Origin: Takakia lepidozioides
Taxonomy: Eukaryota > Plantae > Bryophyta
Direction of reading: 5' to 3'
Assembly (NCBI GenBank): GCA_030704615.1
Contig: CM060732.1
Coordinates: forward strand, 38,068,001-38,132,000
Length of the DNA: 64,000 bases
Positions 25,042 through 37,898 of the stretch are shown one piece after another. Within the stretch, counting starts at the first letter, position 1; every line of letters begins with the position of its first letter. A model generated the notes under the pieces. The model searched no databases, was not told the DNA's origin, and saw only the letters and a list, made by a program, of their open reading frames with translations. Position numbers and translations under genes: made by a program.

Positions 25042-25397
25042 GAGCGTCCTTCCATGTGGGGGGAGCCCGCCCGTTTGCCTACCGCATGGAGAAAATAGTC
25101 GGGCTCTCGAGCGCGTTTCCACTTCTATGTAGAGCTCGGCGACCGGGTGCTTCCTTTGGACTTTAGCATGAGGTGGTAGGGACACTGCAGGTAAGCGTGA
25201 CTTTTAAGTGATGTGGCACGCAAGTACATGCTACAATCAATTCGCGATACACGGCGGACGAGCTCTCTTCCCATTTTATGGGGCTGCGCTACCGACACCG
25301 GAACTCGTCCACCGGTCCCGCCGCCCCATGCATGGAAGTGAGAAGTGTACCCCGCCATTTTTGTCCAATAGTGGGCCGGGTACATGGAAGGCTGCTC
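25042..25397. mobile_element. Tourist/PIF-Harbinger-like MITE
   Basis: TIRs GAGCGTCCTTCCATGT / ACATGGAAGGCTGCTC (14/16 match); flanks TTA / TTG. Confidence 0.65.
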
Positions 25398-26718
25398 TTG
25401 ACCTATTGGTTGTGTCAGTCATGACTCTTCACATGTCCTAAAGTGAACAAAGGTTAATTATAAGTTACTCTCTCTTTCTCAAATTTCTACTAGCTAGAAC
25501 ACAGAGCTCTCCAAATCTTTATCTTTGCTTTTATAGCTTCCAAACATAATGTACCGAAAAATACTCTAACTTGCCTACATGGCAATTAATAAGCTCGGTC
25601 AAAACTTGGAGAAAATTGATAATACAAAGAAAAAATTATTTACTTGACCAGTGTGAGTATGTATGCTTATATTCTGATAATCTTGAGGAGTTTGATACGT
25701 TCAAATCTCTCAATTGTAGTGACAGTCCTATTCATCTTATGAATCACCATCTTTTAGGAGTCAAAACTTAAAAATTATGATGGGTCAAACTAGAGATTAC
25801 ACTAGAGATGGGTTACACCTTTTTTGTTAGATCAAGTAGAGGATGGGATCAGGACTAATTCTGTAGTTCAAGAAATTAGGCTTTATTAAAATATAATGGA
25901 ATAATAGAAGGTGGGTGGCCTTGCAAGTGCTTGTAGGACTTGTGGGGTCAAATCTATAAAGGTGCATGTTGGGTATCATGCATTATAGCCAAAAGGCTGA
26001 GAGCACATTGGATTTAAATCCAATGTTGTACGGTCATGACTCATGCCTAAGCTTTTCAGATTATAGCTACAAATTAACCCTTCAAGGACCAAGGGTCGCA
26101 AAAGTATTCTAGGTTTGCACAAAGGAGAAAGGGTGCGCCCAGTTGTGCACAACTGTTGGTCGGATCTATACATGTACCCCTTTACAAAAGGACACAAAGA
26201 GAAGTCAATAGTCAATAGTCCTACCACCATCCAACGCAACCTTTGAACATCTTTTGAATATAATCTCGAAATAAGAGCTTAAATGGGTTCCTTACCTTTT
26301 AGCCTTAAATGCAAATTCGCAAACTAATTCACGAACTCCACAAGCAAGTGAGAAGTCCAAGGGCACTGACTCATTATGGGGGTGGCTACATCCATTATAA
26401 TGAGAGACTAGAGATCATATGTCCTAGAAGGAAAACTGAAGAAATAATTAGTGTTACATATGTAAATTGAAGTATTTGTTTCAACATCCAGTTTGATGTG
26501 ACCTTGCTTTTGGGGACAGTGCCCGTTCACTTTAAGGGTTACTAGGTTTAACAATGCAGGTGGCACTTACAGCACCGAGTTGCAGTTCAATCATCTTCAA
26601 TCTTTCTCAATGGACCTAGCCGATAGCTAGAACCTACAACTATTTTCTCTAGGATGACGACACATATCATATTATTGCCAACACTGTCAGAAATATTCTC
26701 CATGGATGCATATATATA

Positions 26719-28356
26719 GTGAGTCTCAAAGTCCTGCTATCCAGGACTAACCAAATGCAATCCACAAATATGTCAACTGAGAATGCGATGCCAGAAGTAG
26801 AATTATTTCATGTACACACAGACACAAGAGAGCAATTTGTGAAAAGAAACTCAAGACTTCCCAGAACATCAAGGTCTTCACGCCGAGGATCTGCACATTG
26901 GTCAGAATATAAAATTCCTGGGAACCAACGTGTTCGTATAAATCGCCCAGGATTGGCACCCGCAACAAACTCTAGACTTACATATACTTCTCGGAGTGTG
27001 GCAGGGTCAAGGAGTAACTCATTCCGTGACATCGAGTCCAAGAAAAGCTCACAATGGTTGCCTCAGAAATTGTTATATTGCCTTCTTTGTGGGAGTCCAG
27101 GACACCTGGGGCAGGAATGCGACCGTAGTAATGGGTATAAATATTCCAGATCCAACAACAGAAATAGTCAAAGTGTTCGAATGGATGTCGTTGACACAAA
27201 TGGAATCATGGCCCGAAGTGATCATTCAGGCCAGGGACTTGATGAAGACTATAAACGATGGACCTTAAATGAGGACTTTATGATAGCAGCTACTTCGATG
27301 ATGGATCTAAAAGAGCTTGCCTCAATATGTGGTGAAGGTAATGGTGATCAAACCAACATCCTAGTCAGGACGTACTCAGACACTTGTAGAAAAACTAAGC
27401 CTTGTCAACTCGTAAGTAGAAGGAAATCTTTATCTACTCTTAGTCCAAATAGGTTTCGCAGTGTTAGACAGCTCGATCCGATCATACAGGGCGAAATCAA
27501 CGATTCGGAGTTGAGCCAACTACCGTACGGCTATAATTGCGGCAGCCCAACACGTCGTAGTGGGGATTGTCATACTAATCAAGCACATTGTGACTCCCAA
27601 GTGTTAAGACCTAGATCCACTCCAAGAGCATCCAAACAATGCGCACAAGTGCGTTTTCGCATCAGGACACCAAGGGAGGGATATCCTGCATATGAGGATG
27701 TTAACTTAAAAGGTGAACCCGGATTGGCTGTGGGGTCAAATAAGTTATCAACATCAGCTACTTCAGTTACGGATTCCGATGAGTCCGTAGCCATCATATG
27801 GGGAAAAGTAAACGATGTGGAAATAGCAATGTTACTGGACACAGGATCCTCCATCTCTGCAATTACAAAAAGCTTTGCACACAAGTTGAGGCTGAAGACA
27901 TGGTATACCAAAGATACTTTGGTAGTCACTCTAGCTAATACATATGTTGAGAAGTACCCAGAGCGCACATGCATGGTTCATCTGCAAATTGGGGACCATG
28001 AAACTTATGAGGAACTAAATGTTCTCCCTGGTCAAATATATAATGTTACTCTCGGAGAAAATTGGCTTAAGCGTCATAAGGCCATTTGTGACTATGGGTT
28101 GGACCTAATGCGATTGCCTGGCTCTCGTCCAATTAAGATGGGAACCCCTAGTGCACCCCTTTTACCTGTATGCATATGTTCATGTTCTTTGCGGGCTGAG
28201 AGATCTGCAATGGCAAAGAAGTCGGGTGGGAGAAAGACTACAAAACATGCGGCGCAGTGCACTGAGCTGCAGCCTTACACAAATCGTATCCCTCCCAGTC
28301 TCCGCACATCGCTTTGTCTTGGAGATTGGCTTCCACCCAACTTAAGAGCATACTGA
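26719..28356 (+). CDS. CCHC zinc-knuckle plus retroviral-type aspartyl protease (retropepsin) protein; first ATG at 26755
   Basis: Uninterrupted 545-codon ORF with CLLCGSPGHLGQEC, GKVNDVEIAMLLDTGSSISAI and YNVTLGENWLKRH. TATATATA lies just upstream at about 26711-26718. Confidence 0.75.
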   Translation: MSLKVLLSRTNQMQSTNMSTENAMPEVELFHVHTDTREQFVKRNSRLPRTSRSSRRGSAHWSEYKIPGNQRVRINRPGLAPATNSRLTYTSRSVAGSRSNSFRDIESKKSSQWLPQKLLYCLLCGSPGHLGQECDRSNGYKYSRSNNRNSQSVRMDVVDTNGIMARSDHSGQGLDEDYKRWTLNEDFMIAATSMMDLKELASICGEGNGDQTNILVRTYSDTCRKTKPCQLVSRRKSLSTLSPNRFRSVRQLDPIIQGEINDSELSQLPYGYNCGSPTRRSGDCHTNQAHCDSQVLRPRSTPRASKQCAQVRFRIRTPREGYPAYEDVNLKGEPGLAVGSNKLSTSATSVTDSDESVAIIWGKVNDVEIAMLLDTGSSISAITKSFAHKLRLKTWYTKDTLVVTLANTYVEKYPERTCMVHLQIGDHETYEELNVLPGQIYNVTLGENWLKRHKAICDYGLDLMRLPGSRPIKMGTPSAPLLPVCICSCSLRAERSAMAKKSGGRKTTKHAAQCTELQPYTNRIPPSLRTSLCLGDWLPPNLRAY

Positions 28357-28951
28357 ACAGACTTGTACACAATGAGTTGCATCACCACAGCTATGACGTC
28401 TTTGAGCTGTATGTCTTTTGTGATCATAACTCAGCAGTCTTCCTTCAAATTCGAAGTCATCTACCTACTTGAATCAATGATAGAGATCCAAACAAAGCTG
28501 AGATGTGGATGCTTAGAACTTAATTCGCATATGTACATGAGTAATTTTTTAGGACAATTGTGCAGTGGTTTTGTCCAGTCATATTTTTTACACATATGGA
28601 AAATAATTGTACCACAAACACAATGAGGCTTCCAAGTCCAACCCGCAAAATTCGTATGTAATTAGGGTGCCACTAATTCATGTTTTTTGCAAAGAATCAT
28701 GCATTCATTTGATGAAAATTATATGTCAGATTTCATGTGCACAACATGCAAATTGAATGTATAATCAGAATAAGAAAGAGAAAATCACAAATCTTTACAT
28801 ATTGTAAAGCAATTAATTAACCGTGCAACTGCATTATCATTACGAGTTGACAAACTAGCAAGGTACCACAATAATAAGATGCAGATTTTTATCCAATACA
28901 TGCATGTCTACAAGAATATGGGAAACTAATTAGGTTCCATTCAAGTCCTAA

Positions 28952-29410
28952 GAGCATCTCCAACGGTGGCCTCTAAATCTGCCCCGCTATTGAAGCTATG
29001 GCGGCCCACTTGGTGTGTCTCTGAAAATGAACCGTAGCTATGGCCCACCCATTCACATTAAGTTCTCCCCTCCATAACAAGCACAAGCCACGTGTTGGAC
29101 GTGGGTTGTGTGCACATACTGCGTGTTGCGCGCTGCCATGAGTGACACAATGACCTTGAGAATTTGGTCGAGCCCATGCCGCGTGTTGCCATCGCGAGCT
29201 CCTAGACAGTCAACATTCATTGACTTCCGTGTGCCGAGCATGTGCAGCCCTGCATCCTCCAAATTGGTGGTAATGTTTGGGATTTTACGGGGGGCTGGTG
29301 GCTTAAGTGCCGTGCATGGTGACCGCTGGGGTGCAACTTCGAGCAACTTCAGCGACGGCATCTGCAGCTTGTCGTTGCAGCGCGGCATGCCGTGACCGCT
29401 GGAGATGCTC
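28952..29410. mobile_element. Tourist (PIF/Harbinger) MITE
   Basis: TIRs GAGCATCTCCAACGG / CCGCTGGAGATGCTC, with a TAA TSD on both sides. Confidence 0.9.
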
Positions 29411-32400
29411 TAAGTTACCTGTATTGGGTCATTCATAGAGAAATTGCAGTCTACCCTCTATATATGTTATATCTCGGGAAGTAGAAAAAATGTAACACAT
29501 ATAGGTATTTAACATCATAATGTACTGTATATATAGAATAGCTACACAAAGCTTGAAAACCAAAACCTTTAACCACTTCTGGAAAAAAAGAAATTTGAGT
29601 TTGTATATAAAAAACTTAAAAGGCTCGTCAACAACAAAGTAAAAATCCCAATGTACATTTCATTAGCTGATTATTTTAATAATCTCTATACATTAGTGAA
29701 TTAAAGAGTTTGATGATCCCCATGTTAAGTAAGGGTTATAAATACCAAACACGTTTAATGATATATATCATGATCTTAGACTAAGTATCTTGTCATACAT
29801 CTATACATATATGCATTTGAAAGAAATTAATATTTATTATGAATTGAGTAAGAAAACATCGATCATAACACTTAATATGTACAACCAAATGGTAATTCAA
29901 CACTTTTATCACCAGACGAACACCTTCGCCCAATTCTCTTTTTCCGTACCATGCACTGCATAAGTGCAGGTTGGATCAAATGTTGGGTTTGTTTTACACC
30001 AGATCAGGATCTCTGACAACACCTCCATCCTCATTCTGCAGAGTTTTGAGGATGCCTATGTGGAGTTAAAGCATCCATGTGTCGCCTTAAAACCTACGCC
30101 CGGAAGGAAGTAAGGCCGACAGTCCATCGTCCATGCGTTGATGATGAGTTTCGGGACCTGAAACCCTTCCGTTGGCAGCGCAAATGCCTTGGCGATGTAT
30201 TCATCTATCAGCTCTATTGGCTGACCCTTCCAAAATACAGACTTTAACTCATCATTGCAGGAAGTAATCATCCTCACGATGTCTACAAGTTCCACTTTCT
30301 TCCAATCTACCTCGAGGACGAAAGCTCGCATCTGTCAAGCTCAAAAGTTTCCGTCTCATTTCTAGGACTTTGTCGTATCCGTGCATCCATGATTCTAACC
30401 AGAAACAATCTTGGCAATTTCTATCCCAACTCCTTACCTGACATTTCTATTCATTTGAAGATGGTTCAGGTTCCAAATTTACTTTTTTTAGGGGGCCCTG
30501 CTTGCATAGCCCACCAAAGTAAAAGCCCATTTTTTCTTTTCTTATAATGTCAGTTTAGATAATGCATTGGGTGCCAACTATGTGTGATTTTGGGCTTGAG
30601 TCCTGCTACCTTGAACTTGGGCGGTATTATAATATCCCATTTCATTAGGCTTTGCCCTTGAGCCTTGTGCTTGACACCTGTGTCATGTCACTTAAAATGA
30701 AGAGGGTAGTTTTTCATCTCACTGTAATTAAGGGCCTGATTAGTGAGCTGTCAATACTCTAGGTGGTTTTTTCTAAAAAATTCAAAAATGCTTGCTTTGT
30801 AAAATCTTCTAGAGTAAAACGTTGATAGCAATAAAGAGGATTAATAGATATGGATTAAACAAATGGAGGGTAGAAAACATATTTGTTTTTTTCTAACAAT
30901 GATGTTGTTTCATGTTGCCACACATTGTGGAAGTGGAATAGAACATCTTGAGAGCATCATAATCCTTGAAGAACATGTCAAGATTATAAATTTTACTAAG
31001 TATTAGTTTCTATTTCTAGATAGAGTTCTATAGTATCTGCATGCAGTTTCGTCCCACTATTAGGGTACTGCCTAACCCAATCCACATAACACATAAACAC
31101 CATTTTTGACTCACATCCTATGGACTGACCCTACCCACTCATATTCATGCATTGTCTGTAACCTCATGATTGCCTATCTCAACAAAGAAGCATAAAGACA
31201 GAGAAACTACACACCCAAATGTATATCCAATAATAAACAAAATGCAACATCTTGTCCACAATCTCTCTAACCACTTCTTGACCTCCAAAGTAATCCCATA
31301 TGTCCAATTAAATCTGACAAACGTTGCGATTACACTCAATACATAGAGAACCAACGAAAACATCTCTTTTGGTCTCAACTCTATCCATGTTTTGCCCCTT
31401 ACATACAACCAACCCCCGACCCACTCGAGACACATGGTAGGGGCGCCCCCACCCTTCATGACCCCCTCTGCTACACGCCTGCCGTAGGCACATGCGCGCG
31501 CATTGAAGATGCTATTATCTTTCAAAGAGAAGCGAAATTTGAAAAGTCATGATGGATATCAGTAAAACTCATCAAATACTCAACATGGGCTTCCCAAGTT
31601 ATTTTAATTGGACGATTTTTCATTTCGGTTATATCGATTCCAAAGGGAAATGACATTGAAAACATGCACGCAATTAGTTTTAACTTTTGGGTTTGCGTAT
31701 ATGTTTGTCATTTCGGTTTGTGCATTTCTCGGACAAGTCATTCAGATTGTTGGTGTGGGCACTGGGATCATTGTTCAAGCAGCATTATGCCAAGAGATTA
31801 AAATGACCGCTGAATTGGTGGACAAGGTGTCGAAAGAGGTGAATATTACAAGGGAAAAGCATCTCTCCCCTTATGTTGTCCTCAATGCGAAGGGGATAGA
31901 TGAGACGGTGGAGAAACATCAAGATCAAGGCAAAGATGTGGATGAAGGAGTTGAGCCAATAGACAGTGGAGTAATGATGGAGTTACGTGCAGGACATACA
32001 GCAACAGTCCAAGTCTAAGGAGTATTCTACGGCCCAACAATGCATACCCAAAACCAGCAGCAATCGCTGCGTATGAGCCGCAACACAACCTTCCGTATCA
32101 TGAGACATAACCAAGCAGTATGACATACATACACAAACCTTACGCACACTATGAAAACAGAAGGGTTTTCTTTCATAAACATAGGTACATGCCAAGGTCG
32201 TCCCATAAGGCCATACCACCCCACATTTGCTACTCCTCTGTGTGTATGCAGCTCCACACCATGCTAGTGCCCAAGGGGTGCCCAATTCAACTATGCTTTG
32301 ACACCATACTAATTATAGGTATTTTGGCCCCCACAGTGTTATAACTCCCATCATGCGCCCCACGCGCATTTGTACCATCTACTATGCAGAATCTACACAT

Positions 32401-33695
32401 TGTCACGAACCGATATCCAAAACTTAAATCTCTTAGGAACGAAATGAGAAATACGCCCATTTGACCCAAACCCTTTGATGACGAGGTTGACAAGTTGCCC
32501 GCATCCTCGTCATCACAGCTCGTACATGGTGACATTCAAACCTATAGCCTCAATCCTTCCACAATATCCTCAACTTACCAATCAGAGCTGCCACAAGCAC
32601 ATGCCTAAAAAACATCCATCCTGTGGCCATCCAGTCTCTCACAGCTATTATTATTAGCAAAAGCAAATTCGAGCACAACCACTAGTCTTTGAGCAATATG
32701 ACTGTATCTATCGGACCCACCCTCAAAAAAGGCAATAGTCGAAAGGCAAAGTGGCTCCCAATTACGCCGGTCTGGCTGACCCTTTTCTCTCTATTGTTTT
32801 GAAATGTAGTGTTTCTTATGGATATTGGTCATGATTGTGTGCGAATTTGATCTAGTATATGATAATCATTTGGGGCTGATGCTTGTACATCTTTGAAGCT
32901 AATCTACAAGTAAACGAGTTCGAAAACTATCTCAAGTGATTATATTGCTCAGCTTTAGGGGCTTTCATCTAAAGTGGTTAGGACTATTTCTTCATAGTTG
33001 TGGCATATTCACGAACGCCTCTCCAATGACAAACAATATGCATGTCATTTATTTGTTCATCACACTGGTGCCTCAATAATTTGGTTTTAATTCAACCATC
33101 TCTTAACACGATGGATCTTGCATTGGATTTTTTGTGCTTTTCAGCCTCTGGTTTCTTTGTCTCAAATTGAATTATGCACTTCGATTCATCTTCACATGAT
33201 AGTTGTGGTGGGCTAGAATATTAACCGTTAATCACTGTTGTTGACTTTTTTGAAAAATGATACCTCTAACATGAAAAATACCTATAAAATCCAGAAATAC
33301 ACGTCCAAAAATACAAATGACCGTATGATGTTGCACACTATGCATATGCTCACAAATTTGCAAAACCATTAGGCCTATCTAAAAATCCCACCGTTGGAAG
33401 TGAGGTTTTGTTTTACCAACTTCACCGTAGGATAAATTTAGGTTTATATAAGGTTTGGTGATTCCTCAATGCCATGGTGGTCCCACCCACTTTTCTCACT
33501 TGTATGGAGGGGAAGAGCTCCATATATATGGTGCATTTATAGCCTGAAAACCTGACCTCTATCTCCCTTCGCTTCACATTAGTTTTCATCTTATCCAATC
33601 AACTGTGCACTAAATGGTCCCATATAATGTCAGGGGCCTGTGATCCAATGTGCTAAAAATTATGTGAAACCATGATCCTGAATATATGAAAAATC

Positions 33696-34024
33696 CAGTG
33701 TTAGGCGGTTATTTGATTTCTTTTATAACCTCTGGTTCCGGTTTTTACAAAATCCTACGATCAAAGAACCTCCGGTTTCGGTTTTTTCATATCTTTTTTA
33801 TGGCCTCAAAGAACCTCAAAGAACCGGCGGTTTTCATCAAATAACCGGCGGGTCTTTGATGGATCTTTGACGGTTTTCAGGCTGGTTATTTCAAAACTAC
33901 ATAATCGGCGGATATGAACCTTTGCCGGTTCTTTGGTTTTTTGAGAACCGCGGTTATATATCCATATAACCTTCTTGATAACCTCCGGGGGTTGGTCGAT
34001 GAATCAAAGAACCTCCCAACACTG
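33696..34024. mobile_element. hAT-type MITE
   Basis: TIRs CAGTGTTAGGCGGTT / AACCTCCCAACACTG; 8-bp flanks GAAAAATC / GAAAAAAC; internal AACC(G/T) subrepeats. Confidence 0.8.
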
Positions 34025-37000
34025 GAAAAAACATCAATGGATTGAGCAACTGACGCAGCCCATTTTGGGCTTCATGGGCATTTAGAGATCAAAACCTTTG
34101 ACAAAATGCATGTGTTCTACACATACCATACTTGCCTATGTAGTTTGTCAAGCGTCTGCCGGAATAGTTATTTTTTCTTGAAAATGAGGTCCGGCAGTCT
34201 TTTTCGAAATTTTTGTATTTCCAGCAGTTTCAGTATATATACAATTCTAGCGACGACCGCAGGTCGGAAGCTAGTTTAGCGTAGAGCAGGAATAGGGTGC
34301 CATAGTGCCACGTTTTTGTTGCCAGGTCATCGTCGCCACGTTTTGTCGTCAAATTCTTTGGAATCTGCCCGAACTACCCGCCCGGAAAACGCCAATAGAA
34401 TTTCGCGCCAAGTGTTTCGAAACTGCCCAAACTGCCCCGTTTCTTGATTTCTTGAACCGCAGGAGGGGTTTCACAGGCTGATCGCGATTCGCAATGGAGA
34501 CGTTCAGAGATTATGAGTACGCAGCAGGACAACTGCAATCGCAAGGTGTGGCTTTTCTTAATGTATGATGTGAAGAAGTTTTGCCATCCTGCAAATAGGG
34601 GCTCTTAGTACCCTGATTTGGTATTCTTCCTGATGTTTACAAGGTTCGTGGGAGAATCAGCTTGGTCTTAGCAAGCCATTTTTCAATCTTTGCCTGCTCA
34701 GCTGCACCGTGGTGGTTCTCACATACAATCGGATTACCTGACTATAGACACAAGCAGCACACAAAGGTCCTTTTGGGTTGATGGTCGGCCAAATCCTCCA
34801 TGGGTCATGACACAAGGTCAAGGACAATGTGGTGATGGCACCTTCTTCTGCGACCTATTTCAGCCTGTTTTGCCCTCTCATCAGACTCGGCCCTGACAAG
34901 CTTTGGAATGAACACTTGTAGTGTGAATATATGGTTATTTTTATTTTTCTTTGCAGCTGTTTGGTGGGGCTAAGTACTTCAGATTTTACAACATTTAAGT
35001 AGTTGGATGAATGACCGTGATGGATGAATTATGGCTCACTGGATGAAAGCATCCATCTGCCAAACATCCCTGTGCCATAGATCGGCGAGATTTATAAGTT
35101 GTGGCGTTCTTCATGCAAGCACGCAAGCACGGGCATGGCGAGCTGCTGACACTTTGTATTCTGGAACAGACATCAGCCTGCAGTGCCTTAGTTCTTGGCT
35201 GCGATTTACCTTCATGTTGCTTAGTCAGTATCAGCTATGGCGGCTGGGTTAGTTTTCCAGTCAGGGCTAGTTCATGTTGTCGACTATAGGAGCTGCAGGT
35301 GTAGTAATTGCACAGGCAAGTGGGGTTTGGGTTTTACGGCAGTTTTTGTGAGAAGGCTGCTAGCTTTTTGGAGATAGTAGTGAGAGAAGCGGAGGTGGTG
35401 ATGGTGACATGAAGGAGAGACTTGGGCTTTAAGCTCCAGACTCGGTATTTGTAGAGAAGAAGGTTTATGCTGATGAAGAAGTAAAAATCGACTGTTTGGG
35501 TCACTGCTTGGTTTTTGTGTCTGGAATCACACTTGCATGATGCATTAGTTCATGTATTGTTGCCATGAGGGAAGTCTGATTGCAGCTATGGTCAGTTTGA
35601 GCATGTAAAGGGTGTGGGTGCAATAGCTGGGAAATCAGGGCATGTATGTAGTGCATCACTCAAACCACCTAGTGGGGAAACTTCACATTGCATAGATGGA
35701 ATATTAGAGTGTATCTATAAAATGGCGGCATTGTTATTTGTTTCCAGAAGATCAGTCGAACCCGCTGCTCGTGCATAACGGACGAGTGTATTTGGATCTG
35801 ACCCTTGGACTCGAGAGGTAAAAGATGAGAGAGAGTGACAGAAAATGAGCTGATGTCGGGTAGGCTCGGGTAGTTCGATTAGGTTGTTTGATGGGATACA
35901 AGAGGGTGACGGCTCTTCACGGGCAAGGCCCACCTTTCAAGGGGAAAATCTGTGAAGGCTATGCTGGGTGTTTTGCAGCATCCGTGATCACATGCAAGAC
36001 AGTTGATTATCTGTGACGGATGTGTGTCCTACCTATGTCTTCTCTTCCGCTGTGGCATGGGTGGGACAGAATGATACTCTGGTGACTTGAAGTGAATGTC
36101 GTGGGGAAATGCTTTGCCCCTTTCTTTCACACCACACACTTTTCCGACCCCAGTCAATGGTGGGACAATGGAGACAAAAAGGTGAATGCCAGTTGGACTA
36201 CAGAGAGAAGCAGATGCAATTCAAAATTGGGTTGGTCAGTGTCAGCTGCTAGCAGGTCTCCATGGGTCATGAAACAAGGTCAAGGACAATGTGGTGAGGG
36301 TACCTTCTTCTTCGACCTATTTCAGCCTGTTTTGCTCTCTCATCAGATTCGACCCTGAGATATGGGTCCATATTCATCCAAGAGGACCGGATTTCAAGCT
36401 CCAGATCACCTATGATTCCCTGTGGAAGGATAGCTACAAGAAACATGCATAGGTAGATGGTCAATTGGAAGCCGCAGCAGCACCGGTACAATTGACAAAT
36501 TCAAGCACTACTAATGAAAGCACCTTCTTCAAAACATTTCACCCTGTTTTTCCCTCTTATCACAATCGGCCCTAAATTTTCATGTTGAATTCTGCAAGTT
36601 AGCTGGTTGAGTGAACCGTTTGATAGTTAGGAGTGACTTTGATATGATACTGCCAATGTGACAACAGGGAAGTATCCATAAACAAGTAATAGAGACGAGG
36701 AGAGGTTGTGGAATGAATACTTTTTTGACCCCAGTCAATGGTGGGACAATGGAGGCAAAAGGTGAATGCCTGTTGGATTACAGAGAGTAGCAGATGCAAT
36801 TGAGGATAGGAACTAGAGTGATAAGTTGACTTGGGTATTTCCTAGAACAAATCTAGGCTGTCATTGTCAGCTGATAGCAACGAGGCAAGGATTTATGTAT
36901 GATTTGTGCAGAGGCATGGATAGCTAAGGAGTAGGGATAGTGTGTGGGTGGACAAGTTCATCCAAGAGGGCCGACTTCAAGCTCCAGATGACCTATGATT

Positions 37001-37098
37001 CCATGTGGATCAATAGCTACAATAAACCTACATGGGTAGATGGTCAACTAAAGGCAGCAGCTGCAGCGGCATAGTTGATAGAATCAGACACCTCAACC

Positions 37099-37898
37099 AT
37101 GACCACAGCTTCTGAAAGAGGATCAATAGAGGGAGTCCACAATGCCTCTTCTAGCACTTCTGGGCGTGTTAAGATACTTTGTGCGGCAAGCAGCCTGACA
37201 GAGGCTCTACAGACTTCAAACCAACGAGGCATTTCAGCAGATTCAGATACGTATGTCTATCTCTTGCTTAAGTGCATGAAGATGGAAGGTCTAGAAGCTG
37301 GAAAGCAGGTGCACACTCACATTATCCAAAGTGGATTCACACCAAATGTTTTTCTACTCAACACCCTTGTCCAGCCTGCAAATCTTAGTTCAATCTCTGC
37401 CTGCTCAGCTGCACCCTGGTGGTTCTTACATACCAATCCGACATTACCTGACTATAGACACAAGTAGCACACACAAGAGGTCATTTTGGGTTGATGGTCG
37501 GCCAAATCCTCCATGGGTCATGACACAAGGTCAAGGACAATGTGGTGAGGCCACCTTCTTCGACCTATTTCAGCCTATTTTGCCCTCTCATCAGACTCGG
37601 CCCCGAGATGCATATTGAAGTTAGCTCGTTGGGCACCATGATTTGGTATTCTTCATGATGTTTACAAGGTTTTTGGGAGAGTAAGCTTGGTCTTAGCAGG
37701 CCGTGCCCTCCAAGGTCACGTTCATTCTACTCACAAGGCATGTGCCAGCATAGGTGCCCTGGAAAAGGGAAAACAGGTCCAAGCTGACATTTTGAAAACT
37801 GGAATTGCACCGAATGTCATTCTAGAGACTGCCCTTGCTGCCATGTAGGCCAAGTGCGGGAGCATGAAGGAGGCCCGTCGAGTTTTCGACAATATGGC
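37099..37898 (+). pseudogene. PLS-class PPR pseudogene
   Basis: TYVYLLLKC....LEAGKQVHTHIIQSGFTPNVFLLNTLV and KACASIGALEKGKQV...ALAAM*AKCGSMKEARRVFDNM. Split by a ~350-bp insert and truncated by an LTR. Confidence 0.85.

Noticed and set aside
30056-32650. Short ORFs possibly derived from DNA transposons
   Set aside because: No diagnostic catalytic motif or terminal repeats were identified.
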